A stretch of DNA of 64,000 nucleotides from a virus, in the IMG/VR virus record IMGVR_UViG_3300026484_000095, positions 32,001-96,000 of that record, one strand, 5' to 3'. The notes under the pieces are model-generated. The model was not told the origin of the DNA. It did no database searches and saw nothing but the letters and a program-made list of their open reading frames with translations. Of the stretch, positions 19,584 through 29,440 are shown one piece after another (the stretch's first letter is position 1; every line of letters starts with the position of its first letter). Position numbers and translations under genes: made by a program.

Positions 19584-20300
19584 GTGGCTAAAATAGATGT
19601 TAATCAATTAAAAGAGTTAAGGGAAGAGTGGAGCGAAATAGCACAAGATACGGCTGAAACATTGGAAACAATAAAGCAAAGAAGCGATAAAATAAAAAAT
19701 GAAGCTAAGAAGCTGATAGAAGATTTTACTAAGAGTAAGTATTCACTATCTAAGGTTACAGATAGAGTTATTAATAAACATACTTCGGCTATTGCAGGAT
19801 TAAAAGATATTCATAATTCATTGCATAAAGCACAAGAACTATCAGAGCATTTTAGAGCTATCTTGTTACCTAATGATGTAGAGTGCTTATCAGATGGTAA
19901 AGCTATTTGGGACGAAAAGTATGCAGAGTTCACTGGCGATATTGATGTTATAGCATTGTTACAAACAAATACAGATAAAGAGCGAGAGCATTATTATATC
20001 TTTAAAGATGGGCTTACTGCTTGGTCTTATATTAGAGCTAATTCGCAACAGATGGAGAGCTATGAAAAGTTCTTAACTAATCAAATCTTTGGCTTTAATA
20101 GGTTAGATAATCTAGTGCAAAAGTTAGAAAATATCAAGGCAAATGAGCTATTTACTGATATGAATGATGATAGCAGAATGAATAAAGATGAAGATGATAA
20201 AATCTTCAATAATGATGATATAGACGAAGATGGTGTAGAAGCTATGCCTAAAAGACGAAAAAGAAAATCTTTAGGTAAAAGATTAAATAAAGTTAAGTAG
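19584..20300 (+). CDS. Coiled-coil hypothetical protein with acidic then basic C-terminus
   Basis: 238-aa ORF ending PKRRKRKSLGKR. Confidence 0.7.
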   Translation: MAKIDVNQLKELREEWSEIAQDTAETLETIKQRSDKIKNEAKKLIEDFTKSKYSLSKVTDRVINKHTSAIAGLKDIHNSLHKAQELSEHFRAILLPNDVECLSDGKAIWDEKYAEFTGDIDVIALLQTNTDKEREHYYIFKDGLTAWSYIRANSQQMESYEKFLTNQIFGFNRLDNLVQKLENIKANELFTDMNDDSRMNKDEDDKIFNNDDIDEDGVEAMPKRRKRKSLGKRLNKVK

Positions 20301-20307
20301 GTCTATT

Positions 20308-21675
20308 ATGTTCACCTTAAATCCTAATATCAAACCTAGTCCTCTAGCTAGTAAAGTTCTTAAAAAGTTGTTAGAGGGTAGAAATGTTTTTCTAACTGGT
20401 GCAGGAGGTATGGGTAAATCACACCTAACAAGGGAATTGATAAGTTTTTTTCCTAACCCATTGGTCTTAGGTTCTACAAATCTTGCCGCAACTATTTTAG
20501 GTGGCTCAACGGTTCATTCAGCATTTTGTCTTTATAATAGTAAAAATATAAGAGAGTTACAAGCTAAAGACCGAGATAGAATCAAAAGAATATCTATGTC
20601 AAAAGGTGTTAATATAAATACAGCAAAACATATTTACTTCTCTAAGATAAAAAAGGTTATACAAGCTACCAATGTAATTTTTATAGACGAAATATCTATG
20701 TTATCAGCAGAAGTATTTGATGCAATGCACTATCGTATTCATTCATTGATGGGGGACGATTATAATATTCCTATGATAGTGATAGGGGATTTTTTCCAAT
20801 TACCACCTGTTAAAAGTTCAATGTGCTATACCTCAAAGAATTGGGATTTCTTTATTATAGAGTTAGCAGAGATGAAAAGGAGTTCTAATAAGTCGTTTAC
20901 GGCAATGCTATCTGATTTAAGAAAGGGTTATTATTCTAAAAGAGTTAAAAATTTTATTGATAATCATTCAGTAGATTATGAAGAACCTCCTCTTGATATG
21001 TTAAGAGTATACCCTAAAAATGATGCTTGTGCTGACCATCATAAATTAGCTTTACATTCATTAAAAGGTAAAACATACAAGTTTAGAGCACGAATTAATA
21101 ATATAGCAAATTTAAGTCCTGATAAGGTTCAAGACTTTATGGAAAAAGGCTGTCCTGCTGAACCTCTTGTTCAATTAAAAGTGGGTGCTAAAATCATCTT
21201 TGTAGTGAATTATCAATCCGACCAAGATGATGGGTATTATAATGGGGAAACTGGGAAAGTATTAGCTATAAATAAAGCCGATAGAACTATATTGGTTCAA
21301 AAAGGTAATGGAAAAAAGATAACCGTAGGAGAGTTCATATTTACTAAGGAGAGGTATGATACTATATCAAGTAATCAGTTGAGATTAGTTAAAGAGTTAG
21401 AGGTAACTCAAATCCCTTTGAAATTGGCTTATGCTATGACTGTTCATAAAACACAAGGTATGAGTATCAAAGAACCCCTTTATGTTAATTGTTCTAAGAT
21501 GTGGAAGAGGAATCAAGGACTTGTCTATGTTGCATTAAGTCGTGTAACATCACCTGACTTAATATATATTTCTGATTTTCAAAAGAAAGTTCATTTGAAC
21601 ATACGAAGAGATATAGCTGAATTTTATAAGGAGGAAAAGAGAAAGGGTAACTTGGTTAGGTATAAAGGTTATTAA
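20308..21675 (+). CDS. Pif1/Dda/RecD-like SF1B helicase
   Basis: TGAGGMGKS, TVHS, IDEISML, GDFFQLPPV, NGETG, AYAMTVHKTQG, YVALSR. Confidence 0.92.
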   Translation: MFTLNPNIKPSPLASKVLKKLLEGRNVFLTGAGGMGKSHLTRELISFFPNPLVLGSTNLAATILGGSTVHSAFCLYNSKNIRELQAKDRDRIKRISMSKGVNINTAKHIYFSKIKKVIQATNVIFIDEISMLSAEVFDAMHYRIHSLMGDDYNIPMIVIGDFFQLPPVKSSMCYTSKNWDFFIIELAEMKRSSNKSFTAMLSDLRKGYYSKRVKNFIDNHSVDYEEPPLDMLRVYPKNDACADHHKLALHSLKGKTYKFRARINNIANLSPDKVQDFMEKGCPAEPLVQLKVGAKIIFVVNYQSDQDDGYYNGETGKVLAINKADRTILVQKGNGKKITVGEFIFTKERYDTISSNQLRLVKELEVTQIPLKLAYAMTVHKTQGMSIKEPLYVNCSKMWKRNQGLVYVALSRVTSPDLIYISDFQKKVHLNIRRDIAEFYKEEKRKGNLVRYKGY

Positions 21676-21705
21676 GTTAAAAAGTGGTATACTGTGAGAG
21701 TATAT
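21676..21705 (+). promoter_or_regulatory. Class-2 (putative phage-sigma) promoter
   Basis: GTTAAAAA-N16-GTATAT; similar at 23293, 36550, 39576, 47377, 50583, 51087, 56698, 59731. Confidence 0.6.
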
Positions 21706-21738
21706 TAAGTATTCTAAAATTAAATCAAAGGAAAAGTT

Positions 21739-22620
21739 ATGGCAACTACAAGAAGAAGAGCCTCAAGTAAAAGTGCAGAGAGTAAAGCTCCAACTAAAAG
21801 AGTTAAAAAGACAGCAAACAAAAAGGAAGCTCCAACTAAATCAAGAAGAGCCTCTAAGGTTGAAGATACAGAAGATGAAGATGATTACGAGAGTATCAGA
21901 GATGCAAAACCTGAGGGAGAGAAAGCTGAAACATTTAAGCTAGATGACAAAAAGCAGAAAAAGAGAATCGGCTTCCCACTGGTAACAAAAGCAGGTACTG
22001 TAGGTATGGTCAAAGTGCATTATTTCAAAGCTAAGTTTAACACAACATTGGCAGATGGTAAATGGCACGCATTTCAAGCTCCAACAGACCCTGATTTATT
22101 GCAGATGTGTAAAGACCACCCAAATCTCGATGAGAAAACAGAGAGAGCTACTATCGTTATCGTTTATGATACAGATAGTAAAGGCAAGGTTTATGGCAAA
22201 GGTGACGATATAGGTTATGAGCTTCTAGCTATGAAAATCAACAATCCAAAACTTATCGAGCTACAAGATATTGATGAAGATGATGATTTAACTCAGGTAG
22301 ATGTGATGGTTAGATTGGACGCTTCAAAAGATGTCAAGTTCCAAGATATGAGATTTAAAACAGCAGGTGACGCCCTTTGGCTTAATGATATGGATTCAGA
22401 GGAAATCCAAGAGGAGGCTAAGGCTCTAACTAAGAAGCTAAAAGATGTTATAGCTTTTAAATATGATGATGAAAAAATCGAGGCTCTTATCGGTGATGGT
22501 GATGTAGATGACGATGATTATGACGATGATTATGATGATGATTATGATGACGATGAGATAGAAGATGATGAAGAGGAGGAAGAGAAACCTGCTCCAAAGA
22601 GAAGAGCTAGAAGAAGATAA
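21739..22620 (+). CDS. Putative single-stranded DNA-binding protein (gp32-like)
   Basis: Position among recombination genes; beta-rich core; long acidic C-terminal tract. Confidence 0.55.
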   Translation: MATTRRRASSKSAESKAPTKRVKKTANKKEAPTKSRRASKVEDTEDEDDYESIRDAKPEGEKAETFKLDDKKQKKRIGFPLVTKAGTVGMVKVHYFKAKFNTTLADGKWHAFQAPTDPDLLQMCKDHPNLDEKTERATIVIVYDTDSKGKVYGKGDDIGYELLAMKINNPKLIELQDIDEDDDLTQVDVMVRLDASKDVKFQDMRFKTAGDALWLNDMDSEEIQEEAKALTKKLKDVIAFKYDDEKIEALIGDGDVDDDDYDDDYDDDYDDDEIEDDEEEEEKPAPKRRARRR

Positions 22621-22697
22621 ACTCTTAAAGTGCTAATAGTTAAAACTCTATTAGCACTCTTCCTATTTCTCATAATATATAAATAAAGAGGTATATT

Positions 22698-23297
22698 ATG
22701 AGAAATGCGAAGAGAAGAAGACGGAAAAAGAAAGTATCTTTAATTCAGTTAGAACATAGAGATATAACTGAGTTCAGAGAAATAGTCCACGATAGTCAAG
22801 ATAGGATTTGTCCTATATGTAATCTTGAAATAGATTATAAAGATACAACATTAGACCATCAGCACCCATTAAACAAAAGTGAGCCTATTGGTCATAATGG
22901 CTCAGGACTCGTGAGAGGAACTATATGTCGTATCTGTAATTCAGCAGAGGGTAAGATTTGGAACAACTTTAAGAGGTCAGGTCTTATGAATAAGCAGATG
23001 GATAAGAACCATATAAAAGCTAGAGCTAAATGGTTGCGAAACCTAGCAGATTATTATGAGAGTGGAGTAATCAAGAATGAAGATGGCGAAGCATTTGTGC
23101 ACCCAACAGAGAAACCTCCTATGGCTACAATGGGTAAGCAGTTATTTAACAAACTGAACAAATTGTATAAAGCTAAGTATCCTAACAGAAAGCCTTTGGA
23201 AGTGCCTAAGAGTATTGGTAAAAGAGGTAAGAATAAAGGTAAATGGAAGATAACTGCAAAGTGGGAAGCTCTTTTAGATGAGTTTCAATTAAGTTAA
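22698..23297 (+). CDS. Recombination endonuclease VII (Holliday junction resolvase)
   Basis: CPIC...LDHQH...VRGTICRICNSAEG. Confidence 0.88.
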   Translation: MRNAKRRRRKKKVSLIQLEHRDITEFREIVHDSQDRICPICNLEIDYKDTTLDHQHPLNKSEPIGHNGSGLVRGTICRICNSAEGKIWNNFKRSGLMNKQMDKNHIKARAKWLRNLADYYESGVIKNEDGEAFVHPTEKPPMATMGKQLFNKLNKLYKAKYPNRKPLEVPKSIGKRGKNKGKWKITAKWEALLDEFQLS

Positions 23298-23344
23298 TAA
23301 GTAAGTGCCACACTGCTGTATATAGGGTATATAAGGAGCATAAA

Positions 23345-23716
23345 ATGAATTTAGGTAAATCACATTTAACACACTATAAAAAGATAAAGTTGAATAAGGA
23401 TATTTCATTGAGATATTTCTTTACCTTTGAGGATAGACTTAACCTGAATGGTAAGTGGGTTATTAAATCCCACAGCACAAAAGAGTACGGTATTATAGAT
23501 GAGAGAACTGCAAGACTTATTGCCACAGCTCATAACAAGACCTTAGATGATTATAAAGAGATTATGGGTCGCTATGTAGCTAATATGTCAGGGACTGGTT
23601 CTGTATATAGAAAAGTGATTATATCTAACAATGAGAAAAAAGATAAAGCTAAGTTTACTTATGAACCTAATGTAAAGGTTACAGAGATTGATAAATCACA
23701 AAAAACAAAGGAGTAA
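23345..23716 (+). CDS. Hypothetical protein
   Basis: AAGGAG RBS. Confidence 0.7.
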   Translation: MNLGKSHLTHYKKIKLNKDISLRYFFTFEDRLNLNGKWVIKSHSTKEYGIIDERTARLIATAHNKTLDDYKEIMGRYVANMSGTGSVYRKVIISNNEKKDKAKFTYEPNVKVTEIDKSQKTKE

Positions 23717-23718
23717 AA

Positions 23719-24000
23719 ATGGCATTTGATGAAAAGACCTTAAAGGCACTTAGCTCAAAGTATGCAAAAAAGAATGAAGATTTTATCTATAACCCTAACA
23801 GAGTTTTAGAGGGGGCTTCAACTGGTTCAGTTATTGCTGATACAGTTATAGGGCAAGAGGGTATGCTTTTAAAAGGCAGAATGACAGAGGTGTTTGGACC
23901 TGAGAGTTGTGTTACAGCAGATACAATGGTTGAGGTTAGAATTGATGGTGTGGAAAGACTTATCCCTATTATAGAATTACAAGGCTTATTAAATGGGTAA
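23719..24000 (+). CDS. recA: RecA N-terminal extein (63 aa) fused to 30-aa split-intein N fragment
   Basis: STGS...GRMTEVFGPES then CVTADTMV (intein block A; Cys1 at 23908). Confidence 0.9.
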   Translation: MAFDEKTLKALSSKYAKKNEDFIYNPNRVLEGASTGSVIADTVIGQEGMLLKGRMTEVFGPESCVTADTMVEVRIDGVERLIPIIELQGLLNG

Positions 24001-24841
24001 AAGACTTTCGGATTTAGATATTATAGACGAGTGTAGAAGCTTAGGTCTTAAAGATATAGTTATCTATAGAGAGGAGTATAAGCCTCCGAGAGTGAGTTAT
24101 ATATGTACTTGTGGAGCTAAAGTCCAAAACAAAAATTGGTATAAAATAAAACACGAAAATCAATTTTTGTGTAAGGCTTGTTCTGACGACATAAGAAGTC
24201 AGGCTCAAATTAAATACTCTAAAAAAGTGATAAAAGGTAGGTTAAGTGAAGTTTCTAATGATAAACCCATAAAGATAAATGAGGGTATAAAGTCTGTTAG
24301 CGAGATACATTGTGAGTCTTGCAGTACTGTATACTATATTAGAAATGAGGAAATCTTTGCTTCTTACTTTAAAGGTCATCCTGATTGTTCTTATAAGCTG
24401 AAAATTAAATCTAAAGGAGAGTACTTCATAAAGGAATTATTGGATTCTTATAATATTAATTACTTACACAATAAATCTTTTAAGTCTTTAGGAATAGATA
24501 GTTTATTGAGATTTGATTTTTACCTACCTAATTTCAATTTAATAATTGAGTTTGATGGTATTCAACACTTCTCAAAAAAAGAATTAAAGAGGGTCGGTTA
24601 TAACATAAATTCTAGTAAATTTACAAGTAGAAAAGATTTATTCAAAGACCAAAGGCTAAGGGATTTCACTAAAAATCATCTTTGTTTAGATAATGATATT
24701 AATATACTTAGAATCCCTGCTTGGCATTTAGGTAAATTAAAAGAGATTCTACTTCCTATATTCACAAGAGAAGATGTAATTGAGGGCTTATATTACACTG
24801 ATGATAGTTTCTATAAAAAAGGTTCAAGGAGATTAATATGA
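23993..24841 (+). mobile_element. Free-standing putative homing endonuclease (Vsr/DUF559-like PD-(D/E)XK with Zn-binding N-terminus) inside recA
   Basis: SKGE, LRFDFYLP, IIEFDGIQHF, KN..C, LRIP; CxC/CxxC motifs; overlaps both recA halves. Confidence 0.8.
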
Positions 24842-26340
24842 AGATAGAAATAAACACACCTGATGGGTGGCAAGAGGTAAGAAACTTCCAAGATAAAGGA
24901 TTTCAACATAGTATAAGAGTGGGTTTCTTCCGACCTGATAATCGTGAGATTATTTATGTTACCTGCTCTATTATGCACAGATTCCTATTATCAACTGGAG
25001 AGTGGATAGAGGCTGATTTACTCACAGAAGGTCATTTTATCCAATCTAAATGGGGTAATCTAAAATTTATGGCAAGAACAGATATGGGAGAACAACCTGT
25101 ATATGACATAGAGGTAAAGCACCCTAATCATAGATATTATACAAATGGTATTGTTTCTCACAATTCGGGAAAAACAACAATATGTTATCAGTCGATAGCA
25201 AGTGCACTGCAAAAGGGTTGGGTCGGTTGTATGTTCGATAATGAGCAGACTTTTGATAGTGATTATGCTCGTGCTTTAGGTGTAGAGATAGGAGAGAATT
25301 TTCAAGTGTTCCAACCTGATGATGCCGAAGAAGCAGAAGCTATATTCAATGAACTAGTCGGTATTGGTAAAGATGGTAAAACAAAAACACCTCTTCTCCC
25401 TGATATGGATTTTATAATTATTGATAGTATCACAGCTTGGGCACCTCGTAAATTGATGGCTATTGAAAATTCAACTGGTGAAGGTCAAACAAAAGGATTG
25501 CACGCCGCTTATTGGACTAATTTCAGTCGTAAGTTACAGATAGCTATTAAAAAGAGAAAGATTGCTTGTCTATGCACTAATCAGGTTCGTAACAAGTTGC
25601 AGATGGGTGGCTCGTTTCAAGCACAAGCTATGAAAGACACTGGTATCGGTGCAGGTTTCAGTCAAGATGCAGGGTGGACTACAACTGGTGGTAATGCTCT
25701 TAGATTTTATATGTCTGTGAGAACTCTAATGTATCAAGCTAAGAAGCTGAAAGAGACGAGAGTTATTAGAGGTGTAGAAACAGATGTAGACGAAGCACAT
25801 TGGGTGGAGTTCAAAAATGTTAAAAACAAAGTATCAGCACCTTTTAGAAAAGCTAGATTGGTTCTTAGATATGGTGTAGGAACTGATGATATTCCTCCTA
25901 TGATGGAGTATCTTAAATTGAATGGTATCATAACAAATGCAGGTGCTAACTTGATGTATAAGTCAAGTGACGGTAGTTGTGATGTTAAAGAGTTCGGAGC
26001 TAAGAAGTTCGATAAGGCTATGAAAGACCCTACTGTTGTTAAAGATATGAGAAAACAATATATAGCATTGAAAAGAGAAGAAGACCCTTATGCAGATGAA
26101 GATGAGGACATAGCAGTATTCTCTGACGATGAAGATGGAGTGGAGTTCGACGAAGAAGAGGTTGATTTTGATGAAGTAGAAACTGATAATGAAATCGAAG
26201 ATGAGGAAGAGGACAGTGGCTCTATAAAAGATTGGTCGTTAGCTGATTTAAAACAACTTGCAAAAGATGAAAAAATCAAAATCGTTGGTAAAGTAACTAA
26301 AGAGAAGTTGCTTAAAAAATTGTTAAAAATATATGATTAG
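24838..26340 (+). CDS. recA: Split-intein C fragment (109 aa) fused to RecA C-terminal extein
   Basis: SxxH block B, VYDIEV..NHRYYTNGIVSHN|SGKTT; then DNEQTFD, IIDS, NQVR, TTGGNALRFY, KNKVSAPFR. Confidence 0.92.
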   Translation: MKIEINTPDGWQEVRNFQDKGFQHSIRVGFFRPDNREIIYVTCSIMHRFLLSTGEWIEADLLTEGHFIQSKWGNLKFMARTDMGEQPVYDIEVKHPNHRYYTNGIVSHNSGKTTICYQSIASALQKGWVGCMFDNEQTFDSDYARALGVEIGENFQVFQPDDAEEAEAIFNELVGIGKDGKTKTPLLPDMDFIIIDSITAWAPRKLMAIENSTGEGQTKGLHAAYWTNFSRKLQIAIKKRKIACLCTNQVRNKLQMGGSFQAQAMKDTGIGAGFSQDAGWTTTGGNALRFYMSVRTLMYQAKKLKETRVIRGVETDVDEAHWVEFKNVKNKVSAPFRKARLVLRYGVGTDDIPPMMEYLKLNGIITNAGANLMYKSSDGSCDVKEFGAKKFDKAMKDPTVVKDMRKQYIALKREEDPYADEDEDIAVFSDDEDGVEFDEEEVDFDEVETDNEIEDEEEDSGSIKDWSLADLKQLAKDEKIKIVGKVTKEKLLKKLLKIYD

Positions 26341-27014
26341 GGGGTATAAAATGAGAAAAGGTTACCATAAGAAAATTGGTTTAGATGGGTTGAAGCACCG
26401 TAAGGATATTATGCGATTGGAGAGCATAATCATACGATTAGGTTATAGTCATAATGATTATCGTATTAACTATTTCAATGAAAAAGCTGAGATGGTTATA
26501 ACTAATCAAGAGCTACATAGAGATTTTAAAACAATTCGTAGAACATCTTACGGAGAGTAAGATGTCTTTATTTAGCTATGATGAAGTAAAGCAAAAGGAA
26601 GCTATTGAATCCTTTTATAATGCTATTACGGCGGTCTTTAAACAAGCAATCATAGTTCCGAAATACAGAGAGGGTTTGTATGTTATACCCCTCTCAAAAA
26701 ACAAATATGAAATCCCTGAAATAGATACTGTTGAGTTAATGAATGGGAACTATGATGAGTATATATCTCTTTTTATGGAGTTCAACTCTCCTATAAATAT
26801 AAGTAATATATCTTATATCAACTCCCTATCTGATAATATATTAAATGATTCTAATTATCTACTAATTAAACAGCAAGTAGAAGCTAAGGTTGATGTTTTG
26901 GTAAGAGCTATCAGTTCCTCTTTTAAAGCAACTGCTACCGCCTCTATTATTGATATAATAGATAATGGCGAGATTCTTTGGCAATTAGAATTAACTATAA
27001 GGGTGGGAAGATGA
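26333..27014 (+). CDS. Two hypothetical genes (26333-26560, 26562-27014)
   Basis: Coupled ORFs. Confidence 0.6.
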
Positions 27015-27742
27015 GTACAGTAAGGAAAAGACGAAAAAAGCTACAAATAACAAAAAATAATGTATATAATGGCGATTCTTTAAAGCTAGTAAAGTATATA
27101 AAGGATAATTCTATAGATTTAATTATAACAGACCCTCCTTATGAGCTTGATATAAAGGACGGTGTCAAAGAGTGTTCTATACATTCCATACAAAAGCATA
27201 ATGACAAAGAGTTTTTAGCAATGTGTAGTGGGTTTGACATAGATGTCTACCTTAAGGAATGGAGTCGTGTCCTTAAAAAGATTAATATGTTTATATTTTG
27301 CAGTAGTCAGCAAATATCCTCACTTATGAAATGGGGCGAAGATAGAAATTATCTTGTTACCCTATTAACTTGGTGGAAATACAATTCTGTCCCTTTCTCC
27401 AATGGTGTTTATAGACCTGATACAGAATACATAGTTCATATTAGAGAGCGAGGGGCAACCTTTCAAGGTAGTGCTAAAATCAAATCTAAAGTATTCAGAA
27501 TCCCAACTGAAGTATCTAGGTTTAATCACCCAACTGAGAAGCCTATATTCTTTTATAAGAGATTCTTAGAGCTTTGTTCTAATGAGGGGGATTTAGTTTT
27601 AGACCCCTTTGGGGGTAGTGGCACATTAGCATCTGCTTGTATTGATATGGGTCGTGATTATATTCTGTTTGAGAAAAACAAGAAGCACTTTGAAACAATA
27701 AAAGAACGAATAGAGTTATGTAGTTCTACTTGGGAGTATTAG
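27011..27742 (+). CDS. N4/N6 DNA methyltransferase (beta class), intact paralog of 15674-16413
   Basis: TDPPY, HPTEKP, DPFGGSG. Confidence 0.9.
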   Translation: MSTVRKRRKKLQITKNNVYNGDSLKLVKYIKDNSIDLIITDPPYELDIKDGVKECSIHSIQKHNDKEFLAMCSGFDIDVYLKEWSRVLKKINMFIFCSSQQISSLMKWGEDRNYLVTLLTWWKYNSVPFSNGVYRPDTEYIVHIRERGATFQGSAKIKSKVFRIPTEVSRFNHPTEKPIFFYKRFLELCSNEGDLVLDPFGGSGTLASACIDMGRDYILFEKNKKHFETIKERIELCSSTWEY

Positions 27743-27743
27743 A

Positions 27744-28949
27744 ATGTATACTTTAAGAGCTAAGAATTTCCAAAGATATAAAAATGTTCAGATGGGTATA
27801 GATAATTTTACTGTTTTGGAAGGACCTTCATCATTGGGCAAATCAGCTATTGTTAGAGCTATTGAAGTAGCAACTAAAAATAGTTGGTCGGCTAGTTATG
27901 TAACACAAGGTCAGAAATCTACTTCTATTCAATTAACATCAGATGACTTCGATATTCAAGTAGCTAAGGGTAACAAGAACTCTTTTATCATTAAAACAGA
28001 TAAAGGTTTAAAAGAATACTCTAAGGCAGGTAAAGATGTTCCATCTGAAATTTTAGACTTAGGCTTCTCTCCTTTGGTAACTGGTTCAGATAATAAAATT
28101 GATTTAATGCTTTCAGGTCAATATGACCCTCTGTTTATGGTTAGCTATTCAGATATGTTGAATACCAACATATTAAATAGTGTTTTTGGTATATCAAAAC
28201 TGGAAAAAGCTAATAGCTTAGTTATTAAAGATATTAGTGTAGCAAAGAAAGAACTTCAAAGAAATGTCAAGGATATTGAATATAAGAACAAAGAGCTTAA
28301 CCGTAACAAAGAGTTACAAGAGCAGTTTTTAGTTATCAAAGATAAATACAGTAATGCAGAAGATATAGGGAGCTATCACGGGCTTAAAAATGATTATATC
28401 AAGGTAAAAGGTAGTCTAAGTGATTTAAAGAGCTTACAAGCTAATTATGATAAGTTACGAGAGCTAAGAGATAGTATTCATCTTATTAGTGATTTTATAG
28501 ATGTATGCAGAGATATTGATAATTTGAAACCTAAATTAGATAAAGCAACTAATAAAGTTAAAGCTATTGAAATTTTAGATGGTTTATACTCCATCTTAGA
28601 TTACAATGATGTAGACCTAGATATTATCAGAGTAGGTATGGATTTAGATAGTTTAAAAAGTAAAACTGCACATTATAAACAGTCTGATGATTTACTACAA
28701 GATATATATCTTGTTAGCGATTTTGTAGCTATAAATGAAGATATATATAAGATGACCACAAGCATATCGTTGAAAAAGGCAACTCTTGATTTAGCATTAT
28801 TACAAGATTATCTATTGAAATCAGATTTATTAAAAGTAAAAAGAAATGCTATAACTGGCATATATGGTAGTGTTAAGCAGATAGAGAGTGAAATATCCAA
28901 TATAGGATACTGTCCTTGCTGTAATCAAAAAATAGGAGTTCATAAATGA
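27744..28949 (+). CDS. SbcC/Rad50-like ATPase, N-terminal half ending in a zinc hook
   Basis: KNFQ, Walker A GPSSLGKS, Q-loop GQYDP, coiled coil, terminal CPCC; no Walker B. Confidence 0.82.
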   Translation: MYTLRAKNFQRYKNVQMGIDNFTVLEGPSSLGKSAIVRAIEVATKNSWSASYVTQGQKSTSIQLTSDDFDIQVAKGNKNSFIIKTDKGLKEYSKAGKDVPSEILDLGFSPLVTGSDNKIDLMLSGQYDPLFMVSYSDMLNTNILNSVFGISKLEKANSLVIKDISVAKKELQRNVKDIEYKNKELNRNKELQEQFLVIKDKYSNAEDIGSYHGLKNDYIKVKGSLSDLKSLQANYDKLRELRDSIHLISDFIDVCRDIDNLKPKLDKATNKVKAIEILDGLYSILDYNDVDLDIIRVGMDLDSLKSKTAHYKQSDDLLQDIYLVSDFVAINEDIYKMTTSISLKKATLDLALLQDYLLKSDLLKVKRNAITGIYGSVKQIESEISNIGYCPCCNQKIGVHK

Positions 28950-29440
28950 GTGAGAATACTAAGGTCGCTATTGAAGAAGTGAAAAAGCTACTTAGAAAGC
29001 AAGAGAAAATTCAAAAATGGCTGAAAAAGAATGGTAAACCTAAAAATCAAAACATTCAACATAAGATAGCTTTTGCTTATGCTGTTTTAGATTTTCTATA
29101 CCATAATGAGTGCAGAACACACAAAGCATTGCTACCTAACAGTATGTTCTTTAAAGACGGAAGTGTCGTAGCAAAAGGTATTGAAGATGTACTAAATAGA
29201 GATGTTCAATCTTTCGTGAAAAAGGTTAGAAGTGTAGCATTTAGAAACCCTGCACATTGGTTTCTTTTTAGAGTAGCACCTTCAAGAAGAGGTCAAGTTC
29301 TAGGGTTGGAGTCAAAGTATGAAACCATCTCTAAGTTAGTAGGGAGACTATCTAAATCGGAGCTAGAGGATTTAGAAGACCTGATTCAAAATCGTTATGC
29401 AGTAGAGCTAACAGAAGAGGAGAAAAACTGTGAGAGTTGA
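28946..29440 (+). CDS. Hypothetical protein
   Basis: Coupled ORF. Confidence 0.65.
   Translation: MSENTKVAIEEVKKLLRKQEKIQKWLKKNGKPKNQNIQHKIAFAYAVLDFLYHNECRTHKALLPNSMFFKDGSVVAKGIEDVLNRDVQSFVKKVRSVAFRNPAHWFLFRVAPSRRGQVLGLESKYETISKLVGRLSKSELEDLEDLIQNRYAVELTEEEKNCES

Noticed and set aside
22495-22580. GAT/GAC microsatellite
   Set aside because: It encodes the Asp-rich tail of the SSB-like protein.
23993-24841. Group I intron interrupting recA
   Set aside because: The endonuclease ORF overlaps both flanking ORFs, leaving no room for a ribozyme core; intein motifs explain the join.
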